32,000 nt of DNA from Allobaculum fili (GCF_020969955.1 NZ_JAHDSX010000005.1:1-32000), one strand, 5' to 3'. Shown: positions 15,459 through 24,500, counted from the stretch's first letter. Translations and numbers: made by a program. The notes: generated by a model not told the origin, from the sequence alone.

Positions 15459-15487
15459 ATCCTATTCAGTTTTTGACCATCGGTCAA
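15459..15487 (-). promoter_or_regulatory. candidate sigma70-type promoter of the MMPL operon
   Basis: Read on the minus strand: -35 TTGACC (15487-15482), a 17-nt spacer, and -10 TAGGAT (15464-15459). The -35 hexamer is one half-site of palindrome 1. Confidence 0.4.
15473..15487. promoter_or_regulatory. palindrome 1, candidate TetR operator: TTGACC-ATC-GGTCAA
   Basis: This is a perfect 6-3-6 inverted repeat in the tetR/MMPL divergent region. Confidence 0.55.
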
Positions 15488-15531
15488 TATTTACGCCCGT
15501 ATCCCTTTCAGACACTTTATTCCCTATGCCT

Positions 15532-15556
15532 AAAAAATGACTATCAGTCATTTTTT
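15532..15556. promoter_or_regulatory. palindrome 2, candidate TetR operator: AAAAA-ATGACT-ATC-AGTCAT-TTTTT
   Basis: This is a perfect 11-3-11 inverted repeat. Its core ATGACT-ATC-AGTCAT (15537-15551) shares TGAC-n-ATC-n-GTCA with palindrome 1. The centres are 64 bp apart. Confidence 0.5.
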
Positions 15557-15590
15557 ATATTTTTTAAAGGTTCGGGTGTATACTGAAGCC

Positions 15591-16250
15591 ATGTCAGGAA
15601 AAGCCGAACAGAATAAACTTCATAAAAAAAACAGCCTGCTCAGCGCTGCGCTTGCCCTTCTTTCCAGCCGGGATCTGGCGGAAGTCTCCATTTCGGACAT
15701 TACCAACCGGGCCGGCGTAGCGAAAGGCACTTTCTATTCTTTTTTCAGGGATAAGGAAGAGATCCGGGACTATCTGGTCGACCGGGAATCCCAGCGCATT
15801 GTCCGTAATGCGCAGGACCAGCTCGACGAGGAAGATATCCGAAACTTTGACGATGCGGTCATTTTCATGATTTCCCGCATTCTTCAGCAGCTCTCCGACA
15901 ATCCCCTGCTTCTGCGTCTGATCCGCCGCAGCCTTTCCATGGGCGTCTTCCATAAGGAACTGCAGAGCACCCTGGGTCAGGGCGGTCTCGATCTGGCGAA
16001 TCGCTTTGAAGCCAAGGCCCGCGAATGCGGCGTGAAATTTGAAAATGCCCAGCTCGTCTATTTCATGATTCTCGAACTGACCGGATCCGTCTGTTATTCC
16101 TCGATTGTGTACGGCATCCCCTGTTCGATTGAAGAACTCAAACCCGTTCTGTTCGATACCATCCGCGCCATTCTGGCTTCGGCCAAAAAGAACCCGCAGG
16201 AGGACCCCCCCTGCATTAGTACCTGCATTAATACCTGCATTAACGATTGA
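15591..16250 (+). CDS. TetR/AcrR-family transcriptional regulator
   Basis: The N-terminal HTH reads LLSAALALLSSRDLAEVSISDITNRAGVAKGTFYSFFRDKEEI. I prefer the ATG at 15591 because the ORF-track ATG at 15537 lies inside palindrome 2. There is no SD before 15591, and TATACT at 15579-15584 may make the mRNA leaderless. Confidence 0.85.
   Translation: MSGKAEQNKLHKKNSLLSAALALLSSRDLAEVSISDITNRAGVAKGTFYSFFRDKEEIRDYLVDRESQRIVRNAQDQLDEEDIRNFDDAVIFMISRILQQLSDNPLLLRLIRRSLSMGVFHKELQSTLGQGGLDLANRFEAKARECGVKFENAQLVYFMILELTGSVCYSSIVYGIPCSIEELKPVLFDTIRAILASAKKNPQEDPPCISTCINTCIND
16211..16246 (+). repeat. 12-bp x3 in-frame tandem repeat (CTGCATTAnnnn) at the tetR 3' end, preceded by a C7 tract
   Basis: The units are ctgcattagtac / ctgcattaatac / ctgcattaacga, encoding C-I-S-T-C-I-N-T-C-I-N-D. 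The C7 homopolymer is at 16205-16211. Confidence 0.8.
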
Positions 16251-16282
16251 AAATACCCGTACCCCGTGTGCTGAATCCATAC

Positions 16283-16331
16283 AAAAAGGAGATCCGTTCC
16301 AGCAAATTGCTGAAAATGGATCTCCTTTTTC
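16283..16331 (+). terminator. intrinsic terminator of tetR (A-run upstream makes it potentially bidirectional)
   Basis: GGAGATCC (16288-16295) pairs with GGATCTCC (16318-16325), with an inner CAGCAAATTGCTG palindrome, followed by TTTTT. Confidence 0.7.
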
Positions 16332-16694
16332 CTTTTCTGTTCCTGGTTATTCCACCGTTTTCCGGTGAATCGCGTCTCTCCTTCTCTTCGCTCATTGGAA
16401 AGAGTAAACGCAGCGAACAAGAGTTCAGCCAGCGCATTTTCGCGTTTCCTTCACCAGTCCCCGCTCTCTTATTTTTGTTTTCTCCTTCAATCAAGGAGAA
16501 TGAGGGGATTTTTCCGAAATGGCGTTTTCTGCAATCGAGGGGTCAGGCGGTTCTTAATTCTGAAACCAGTTTCCCGTAATCCCGTTTCCTTCGAAAAGGG
16601 ATCCTCGATCGCTGGCTATAGCTGTCACCTTCGTCTTTATGGATCGTTCTGCGAACCGCATCCTGTATTTTTCCTGATCGATTCCTTTACCTGT

Positions 16695-17174
16695 CTAAGC
16701 CTGTTCCAAAATCTTGCAGACGTCGACCCAGCTTTCGGCATTGGCGTATCGATACAGTTCCTCGAGGTTCATACGAATGGCGCTGTTCGAACTGCCGCAG
16801 GCTGGATAGACATAGTCAAAGCGGCGCAGCGATTCATCGAGACAGACGCGAACGTCTTCCGGATTAGCAAACGGACACACGCCGCCGATCGCATGACCGG
16901 TTCGCCCTTCCACATCTTCGGCATTGAGCATGGAGGGTTTCAGTCCGAACGTTCTTTTGAATTTTCCGTTATTGACCTTCGCATCGCCGGCAGCCACGAT
17001 CAGAATCGTATCGTTCTCCGGTCCATAAAAGGAAAGCGTTTTGGCGATATGTTCCGGCTCGCACCCCAGCGCCTGTGCGGCAAGCTCTACGGTCGCGCTG
17101 GACTGATCGAGTTCAATGATTCGATCGGCGATATTCTGCGCTCCAAATGCTTTGCGTACATTTTCAATAGACAT
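16695..17174 (-). CDS. YbaK/EbsC-family aminoacyl-tRNA deacylase (trans-editing domain protein)
   Basis: The 159-aa product contains …ELAAQALGCEPEHIAKTLSF…ILIVAAGDAKVNNGKFK…GHAIGGVCPF…, typical of the YbaK/ProX-type editing domain. The RBS GAGAGGGAG lies upstream. Confidence 0.8.
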   Translation of the reverse strand: MSIENVRKAFGAQNIADRIIELDQSSATVELAAQALGCEPEHIAKTLSFYGPENDTILIVAAGDAKVNNGKFKRTFGLKPSMLNAEDVEGRTGHAIGGVCPFANPEDVRVCLDESLRRFDYVYPACGSSNSAIRMNLEELYRYANAESWVDVCKILEQA

Positions 17175-17221
17175 GAATACTCCCTCTCTCTTTTCTTTAC
17201 TCGGATACTCTGCTGTTCCGC

Positions 17222-17249
17222 CCTCCAGATTTCTGGAGGCTTTTTTTTT
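17222..17249 (+). terminator. plus-strand hairpin + T9 with no plus-strand gene immediately upstream
   Basis: CCTCCAG (17222-17228), loop attt, CTGGAGG (17233-17239), then c and TTTTTTTTT (17241-17249). Confidence 0.5.
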
Positions 17250-17595
17250 GGATCGTCTTCCGTCCAGAAGCGGAATTCAATAACAGATTTTTCGCCTTTC
17301 CTTTCCCGTTTTCAAGTTCTCCGGAAAGACTTGCCTGTCTCCATGGCGAAAAGCCGCAGATTTTGCGCAATTCTGCGCTCTGTTCCAAGGACAGTGATAG
17401 TCAAATTGAGCTTTCCTGCTGCAAGAATGCAAAGAACACTCTCAAAAAATGAAAAGAACCTTCTTCTGGCTATGGATATGATGAAAACAAGTGAAAGCGA
17501 TCGTACGGTGCAGGAATCGGGCGCCTGCAGACGACAGACAAACCCGCTTTGACTCACTTTCGATACACACGATACACAAAGGAGAAAAGGAAAAG

Positions 17596-20500
17596 ATGAA
17601 TAAACGATTTCGAAGAGTTTCTTCGGCGGCGCTCAGCCTTCTGCTGATTGCCTCCCCGGTTTCCCCTCTGCTCCATACGCTTCCCGTTCTGGCGGAAGAA
17701 ACCGAACTGGCCGAATCCTATACGTTTGACGGAACGGCTTCGACACGCGTCAGCATTACCGATCAGCTTCCCGCCTATGGCGAAGCCGATACGATGATCT
17801 GGTCCGGAACCTTCCAGGCGAACGCTTCCAATAACGCCATCGTGGCGCTGATGTCGGTCTGCGGCAATGACAACGCCAACGACTACATGACGCTTTATGT
17901 CCGCCCGGGCACAAACAAAATCGGTTTTGAATTCCGTAAAGTCACCGGTGCGAGTTACAAAGTATCGCAGGAAGCCAATTTGCAGGTGGGAACCGACAAA
18001 CACGAATTTGAACTGGTCGTTTCCAGCAAAGGCTATTTTCTGACGGTTGACGGCGAAGAACTGATCGCTTCCCGTCAGAGCGGGGCTTTAACTTTAATGA
18101 ACTGCGGGTATACCGATCTGCGCATGACCCTTGGCGGCATGGACCGCACCGGAAAAAGTTCCATGTCCGACAACTGGTTTTTCAACGGAACCATGACGAA
18201 TGTCGCCGTAAAACTCGAACAGCGCGACGTTCTTCCCGAAGCGTTTGCAGAAATCAGCGGCGCTTCCTTTGACGGCAGTCAGATGCAGGGCAAAACGGCA
18301 CCGCTTCCCGAAGGACTGAATGCGACAGACGGCTGCAGCGCGGCGGTCATTTTCCGGGTAAACAGCAGCGCCGAAGGCTTCATGCCTATCGCAAGTCTGA
18401 AATCGGCCGATGCTTCGACGATCTATACGCTAGGTACGACAGGAGATTCCCTCCAGCTTCAGATCACGGCCAGCGGAACCGTACAGTCCGTAAATCTCGA
18501 TTATCCGGCGGGCACGCTGTACACTGGCGGCGCTCATACCGCCGTTGTGAACTTTACGAGCACCGGCGTTTCCGTTGTCCTCGACAGGCAGGCGGCCAAA
18601 GTGATCGAACAGCCGTTGTCTTTAAACAGTCTGACGCAAATTGAACTGGGCAAGAGCGCGGATGCCGCGCTGAATGGCGACATTACCGCCGTGAAGTTTT
18701 ACAATCACGCGCTTTTGGAAGAAGAAGCAGCCAATGTAACTCAGTTTACGACCGGCCGGCTTCCGAAAACGGGCTATCGAACGAGCATTCTTTCCCTCGT
18801 TCAGCCAGGCGACTACGGGTCCGGATACTACCGCATTCCCTGTCTGGTACGCACAAACAGCGGCGTCCTGGTGACCGCAGCCGACAAGCGCAACGATACC
18901 CAGATGGACCAGTACAACATCGACACTATCGTTCGCCGCCGGGTAGACGGCGAGTGGAAAGAAGGCCAGGTCATCATCGACATGCCGGATATTGAAGGAA
19001 CCGGCAGCGAACAGAAAGACTCCAATACGATCGATGCCGAACTGCTCAACGCGACTCTGCCGGACGGTACGAACCGTGTCTTCTGTCTGGTGGACTTCTT
19101 CCCGCAGAACATCGCCTGCCTCATGAACGGTTCCGACCTTTCTCTTGGTCACGGCTATATGGATGTGAACGGCAAGAAGTATCTGAAACTGCTTAACGAT
19201 GACGAATCCGAAGTGTACACCGTACGCGAAGGCGGTCACATCTTTAACGCTGCCGGCGAAGATACGGGAGCGACCTTCCGGGAAAATTCAGACGGATCGA
19301 TCGGAAACCGCGACTACGGCTGGCTGACCGGCCCGAATGGCGAAGACTGGGGAAGCTGCTGGATGTACAGCGGCGAAGATAAAGGTCACCTGCATGCGGT
19401 CCGCAACCAGCATCTGATGCTTACGTATTCCGATGACGACGGCGAAACGTGGTCTTCGCCAAGACTGATCACCGATCAGGTCAAGGAAGACTGGATGAAG
19501 TTTAACGGAACCGGTCCGGGACGCGGCATTCAGCTCGAACACGGCGAACACGCCGGACGCCTTGTCTTCTCGACGTATTCCATCGCCAACAACTTCAACT
19601 CGCAGGCCTCCAGCATCATATACTCGGATGACTATGGCGAAACGTGGACACGCGCCCGCTCGCCGCTCGAATGCGCAGGCGCCGACATCAGCAGCGAAAC
19701 GTCCGTCGGCCAGTATGGTGTAACGACCGAAAACCAGGTCGTTGAACTCAATGACGGTTCCCTGCTCATGTTCATGCGCAACTATTCGGGCAAAGTCAAA
19801 ATGAGCAAATCCACCGACGGCGGCGAAACGTGGGGAGCAATCACTCAGACGGCGGTTACGGATGTGTATTGTCAGGTTGCCGCGACCCACACGAACTACA
19901 ACGGCAAGGAATACGTGATTCTCGCCACCGCTCAGGGCCCCGGACGCACGAACGGCGCCACAACCGTGGGCGAAATTCAATCCGACGGAACGATCGACTG
20001 GAAAACGCCGAAGCAGTATTCCATCGGCTCCAACCAGTACGGCTGTCTGGAAGTCGTTGACGACGGCGTGATCGGCCTGATTTACGAAGCCGATGATGAA
20101 GCCGGCGCGCTGGCCATGCGCTATACCGAGTTTTCCATGGACTATCTGCTCGATGACGACGGACCGGCCGCAACCGTTCCGGCTAAAACGAACATGATCG
20201 TGACATGCGATCACAAAAACGGCGATGAAAATCAGGTCAAAGCCGGCGATACGTTTGAAATCACCTTTGAACTGAACGAACCGGTTTTCGTCAGCGGCGA
20301 ACCAACGTTAAGCCTCACCTTCCAGCCGCTCAATACGCTCCTTCCTGCCGAAGCGCGTCAGGCCGTCTATGTCAGCGGCAACGGCACGAACAAGTTCAAA
20401 TTCAAATACACAGTATCCGAAAGCGACCGGGCCGGCGAACTGTATACGGAACACATTGTCCGCGATGATCAGGGACAGCCGGCCAGGAGCTACTACGATG

Positions 20501-21225
20501 TGGAAATGTACACCCGCCGCACAACCTATCTTGGTTCCATCGGCCAGCTGAGTGCGGACTGGACCGATGCATCCCGGGATATCGCCGGCGCCCAAGCCAT
20601 TGAAGGCGGCATTTCCAGCTGGGGCGATGTGGCCAACGCTACCGACGGCAGGGAAAACACCTTCTGGCATTCCTCCGGGCAGAGCGATGCCTATCTGCTC
20701 ATCGATCTGCAGGATGTCAAAGCCATTAGCGGTCTGCGCTATTTGCCAAGGCCGACAGGAAGTACGAACGGCGATATTACCGAATACGAAATTTCCGTCG
20801 GCATGGATCCAGACAGTCTGCGTGTAGTCAAATCCGGAACCTGGACTACGCCCAAGGAATGGAAAGGTACGCTGTTCACACCGGTTTACGCCCGCTATGT
20901 CCGACTGCGCGCCATTCGCGGTACCGGCGGATTTGGCAGTGCGGCCGAAGTTCGCATTCTTGCAGCCGGCGACGACGAAACTGCCCTCTTTACGGACAAT
21001 TTACAAACCGCGATGGCAAAAGCCAGTTCGCTGCTTGAAGGCGATATGTCTTCTTTCCATAACAAATCGAGTGCGCAGGACGCTCTCGAAACCGCAGTAG
21101 AAGCAGGCTGGGCTGCCCTTCGCGACTACCAGTCGCAAGAGGCGATCGACGATGCGGCAGACGCTATTCATTCCTTGCTGCTCGATCTGCGCAAGCTTCC
21201 CGATCCGGACACCCTGCCCGAATAA
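17596..21225 (+). CDS. secreted exo-alpha-sialidase (GH33) with two N-terminal LamG/ConA-like lectin modules and a C-terminal F5/8 type C (CBM32-like) module plus FIVAR-like tail
   Basis: The signal peptide is MNKRFRRVSSAALSLLLIASPVSPLLHTLPVLA. The R-I-P motif is in YYRIPCLV (nt 18832-18840). Asp-boxes are SDDDGETWS (19429-19455), SDDYGETWT (19624-19650) and STDGGETWG (19810-19836). The discoidin-like block reads NATDGRENTFWHS…YARYVRLRAIRG…AAEVRIL. Confidence 0.9.
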   Translation: MNKRFRRVSSAALSLLLIASPVSPLLHTLPVLAEETELAESYTFDGTASTRVSITDQLPAYGEADTMIWSGTFQANASNNAIVALMSVCGNDNANDYMTLYVRPGTNKIGFEFRKVTGASYKVSQEANLQVGTDKHEFELVVSSKGYFLTVDGEELIASRQSGALTLMNCGYTDLRMTLGGMDRTGKSSMSDNWFFNGTMTNVAVKLEQRDVLPEAFAEISGASFDGSQMQGKTAPLPEGLNATDGCSAAVIFRVNSSAEGFMPIASLKSADASTIYTLGTTGDSLQLQITASGTVQSVNLDYPAGTLYTGGAHTAVVNFTSTGVSVVLDRQAAKVIEQPLSLNSLTQIELGKSADAALNGDITAVKFYNHALLEEEAANVTQFTTGRLPKTGYRTSILSLVQPGDYGSGYYRIPCLVRTNSGVLVTAADKRNDTQMDQYNIDTIVRRRVDGEWKEGQVIIDMPDIEGTGSEQKDSNTIDAELLNATLPDGTNRVFCLVDFFPQNIACLMNGSDLSLGHGYMDVNGKKYLKLLNDDESEVYTVREGGHIFNAAGEDTGATFRENSDGSIGNRDYGWLTGPNGEDWGSCWMYSGEDKGHLHAVRNQHLMLTYSDDDGETWSSPRLITDQVKEDWMKFNGTGPGRGIQLEHGEHAGRLVFSTYSIANNFNSQASSIIYSDDYGETWTRARSPLECAGADISSETSVGQYGVTTENQVVELNDGSLLMFMRNYSGKVKMSKSTDGGETWGAITQTAVTDVYCQVAATHTNYNGKEYVILATAQGPGRTNGATTVGEIQSDGTIDWKTPKQYSIGSNQYGCLEVVDDGVIGLIYEADDEAGALAMRYTEFSMDYLLDDDGPAATVPAKTNMIVTCDHKNGDENQVKAGDTFEITFELNEPVFVSGEPTLSLTFQPLNTLLPAEARQAVYVSGNGTNKFKFKYTVSESDRAGELYTEHIVRDDQGQPARSYYDVEMYTRRTTYLGSIGQLSADWTDASRDIAGAQAIEGGISSWGDVANATDGRENTFWHSSGQSDAYLLIDLQDVKAISGLRYLPRPTGSTNGDITEYEISVGMDPDSLRVVKSGTWTTPKEWKGTLFTPVYARYVRLRAIRGTGGFGSAAEVRILAAGDDETALFTDNLQTAMAKASSLLEGDMSSFHNKSSAQDALETAVEAGWAALRDYQSQEAIDDAADAIHSLLLDLRKLPDPDTLPE

Positions 21226-21293
21226 CCGCTCTCTTTCTTTTCACCATTTTTCAGCTGTGCTGCCTGGCCAGTACGGCCGTAAAGGACAGTAAA

Positions 21294-21343
21294 GCCGGAA
21301 CAGGCGAAACTGCATAATGCAGTCGCCTCTTCCGGCTTTTTTC
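21294..21343 (+). terminator. intrinsic terminator of the sialidase gene
   Basis: GCCGGAACAGGCGA (21294-21307) pairs with TCGCCTCTTCCGGC (21323-21336) with one mismatch, followed by TTTTTT. Confidence 0.7.
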
Positions 21344-21404
21344 TGTGCAGTTCCAGCCAAGTCGCGGACAGCTGGCCAAAACGGCGCACAGAAAGCGCCC
21401 GGAA

Positions 21405-21442
21405 CAGAGAAAAGCCAGACTGCAGAAGATCACAGTCTGGCT
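21405..21442 (-). terminator. terminator-like hairpin after the GH43 gene
   Basis: AAGCCAGACTG (21411-21421) pairs with CAGTCTGGCTT (21432-21442). On the minus strand it is followed by UUCUCUGUUC, an imperfect U-tract. Confidence 0.5.
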
Positions 21443-21517
21443 TGAAAAAGCGAAGAAGGAAGAAGCAGGGTCGAAAACCTGTTTCTTGAACCTGCTTCTA
21501 AAACGTACTTCTGAACC

Positions 21518-24500
21518 TTACTTTGGAAGGTTTGCCGAAGACGGCGTTTTGCGCAGAGCGAGCAGTGCACGGTTGAGCGTGATGCAGGAGGCATCCAGTT
21601 TGGCCTGATCGTCTGCTGCATCTTTCGTTTCGAGTGCTTTGGCTTTCAGTGCAGCAATCGTATCCTGCCCGGCTTTGCCGAAGTCTGCCGTCCTGAGCGC
21701 ATTGGCTTTGGCAAGAATCTGATCGATCAGCGTGTAGTCCAGAACGGCTTTCTTTTCGAGTGCGTTCAGAGCATCGTTCAGCGTTTTGGCCGCCGCATCG
21801 AGATCGGCCTGGCTGTTCTTGTCGCTCAGTGCTTTTTTCGCGGCGTTTACTTTCTGATCCAGAGCCGCCCAGTCGGTCGTATCCACATAGCTGTCGCGGT
21901 CGAGTTTTTCTGCTCGATCGATTGCGGCGCTCAGTGCTGTGGTATTCAGACTGGCTTTTGTAACCAGCGCATCCATCGCGTCGTTCAGCGCTTTGGCTGC
22001 AGCGTCGATTTCGTCCTGGCTGTTCTTATTTTCCAGAGCGGTTCTGGCGCTGGCGAGCGTTTCATCAAACGCATCCCAGTCGGTTGCGCCGATGTAATCG
22101 CTGCGGATCAGCTTGTCCGCCGAAACAATCGCTGTGCTCAGCGCATCCACATTCAGGCTGGATTTAGCTACAAGGCCTTCGATCGCCTGCTCGAGACGGG
22201 CTTTTGCAGCATTGATATCGGTCTGTGTGCTCAGGGCATCACGGCCGGCGACAACTTCGTCGAGAACGGCCTTGAAGGCTGCCCACGAAGCTGGCGTGTA
22301 GTCCGCTTCATTTTTTGCCTGGGCAATCTGAATCTGGGCATCGAGAGCTGTAAAGGAAAGTTTAGCGGAAGCCTTGAGATCTTCCAGCGTCCAGTTGGTC
22401 GCGCTGCGGATGCTCATCTTGCCGTCCTTGCCAATTTCGACAGGCAGCCATACGTAGCCGGATGTGCCCAGAGAGCTTCTGGTCCAGCGGTCGCCCATGT
22501 AAATGAACTTGCCGTTTTCCAGATCTACCGGGATGAAGCAGGTGGATTGCGTATGGAATGTTGTCTTGGACGTGTCATTGACACAAGGATCGCCGACGAC
22601 GGTCCATGGGCCGAGCGGATGATCCGCCATGGCGTACTGCGCCTGGTTTGGATCCCAGCCGGTGCATCCGGACGTCATCAGATAGTACTTGCCATCGTAT
22701 TTGAACATAGCCGGAGCTTCGCGGGAAGAATTGATGAAGTTGCGGGTGTAATCGGTAGCGGCGACTTCTTCTGCCGACAGTCCGGTTCCGTCCACGCCGC
22801 CTGTGCGATCCTTCGCCAGTCCGGTGTAGGCGTCATTGAGGCGGGCGATATACATCGTCGCGTTCATATCCGAGGAGTAAATCACATACGCCGTTCCGTC
22901 CTCGTCCTGGAACAGGTTCATATCACGGACTGCACCGCCGGTACCGTCAGATCCATGATCGGATACATGTTCCGCCGCGTAGAGACGGACGGTGGAAACG
23001 AGCTTGAACGGACCTGTAGCGCTGTCGGAAACCGCAATGCCGGCGCGGGCACGGCCGTAGCTTCCGCCGCTGGACGGGGTACGTCCATCCGAGTGGAACC
23101 ACATGACATACTTGCCGGTATCTTCGTTATAAATGACTTTCGGACGTTCCATGACACTGCGGTCGTTGGCGAGATTCCAGTAGGTTTCTTCCGCCTTGTT
23201 TTCGTACTGCGGATCGTCTGGTTCTTGATCTCCGCAGTCGCCATAGAGGGCGCTGAAATACGGATCGGTTTCGAAGATGGAGTAATCGGCTTTGTAGCCT
23301 TCATTCTGATCTTTTCCGTAGTCTTCGCTGCTCACCGGAACGGTACGGAGGACAACGCCTTCGTCGGTCCAGTTGTACAGGTCATCGGACGTGTACAGAT
23401 GAACACCGGCCATCGGGGTATAGCCGCTTGCACGGTCTTCGCCGTACCACGCCCATTTTTCCTGGCCGTCGATCTTCAGTTTCTGGACCTGACCGCCGTG
23501 AGCCTGAATGTAATTGCCGTTGTTGTCGACCCAGGCGCGGTTCGAATCGCCGCCAAAGGACGTGTAGGTGAAGGTTTCCTTCAAGCTGTCGTAGGCTTTT
23601 TCCATCGCGCGGTACATATCGCGCAGTTCTTCCTGCGTCGCGCCTTCTTTGGTGATGAGCGCCTGCGCTTCAGCTTTTTGGGCGTTGTAGGCGTCGAGGC
23701 TGTCCTTGCCGAAGGTGCGATCGGTCATGTCTTCTGCCTGTTTTGCGAGCAGAGCGGAAAGGGTTTCGCTGGTCCATTCCGGAGTTGCCTTGACGATGAC
23801 ATAGCTGATCAGCGGGTCGGCGTACTGGCTCGTGCGGTTCGGGTTATGAACGAATACATTGAGTTCGCCGTCATTTACGGTAACGTCCCAGGTCTGTTCA
23901 ACGAGCTGACCCTTGGTCAGGGTAAGACCCGATTTTACCGTCTGATCTTCGAGAACGACATCGACTGGACGGGTATCCCACGGGTTTTTGAAGCCGAGAG
24001 TTACGGTGTAATCGTCATTGACGCGCTCTGGAAGTTCAAAGCTGAATTTGAAGCCGGACTCTCCGCTGACGTAGTCGATCGAATCGCTGGTGTACAGATA
24101 GCTGTCTTCAAGCGAGGTGGAATTGCCGCCGGCGGCCGAAATGGAATGTACGCCGTCTTCCTCGAGACCCCATTTGAGACCGGTCAGCGTATCGGTTTTC
24201 AGTTTCTGGGAAACCGAAGACTGATACAGACCGCGCTTGATATTGGATGGAGTTACGGACGGATCCGTAGTTCCGGCGTTGAAGACGTAAAGAATGCCGT
24301 CGTTGGCCTGAATTTCCTGTTCGGTCCAGGTTTTCGCCGGGTTGGTGATGTCCTGAATCTTGTCGGTAAGCGATTTGGTCAGATCGTCTACACCCTTCTG
24401 CGTCGTTTCCGGATTGCGCAGCGCATCGAGAGCGGACTGATGCAGATCGCCAAGCACCTTGATGTCCGCTGCCGAAGCCTTGCTCAGATCGAGTCCCTTG

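Noticed and set aside
15532-15556. Palindrome 2 as a bidirectional transcription terminator (A5 - hairpin - T5).
   Set aside because: The core stem would be only 6 bp (the flanking A5/T5 runs extend the palindrome to 11 bp per arm) and AT-rich, with a 3-nt loop. The element lies in a promoter region and shares its core with palindrome 1, so an operator reading is more economical.
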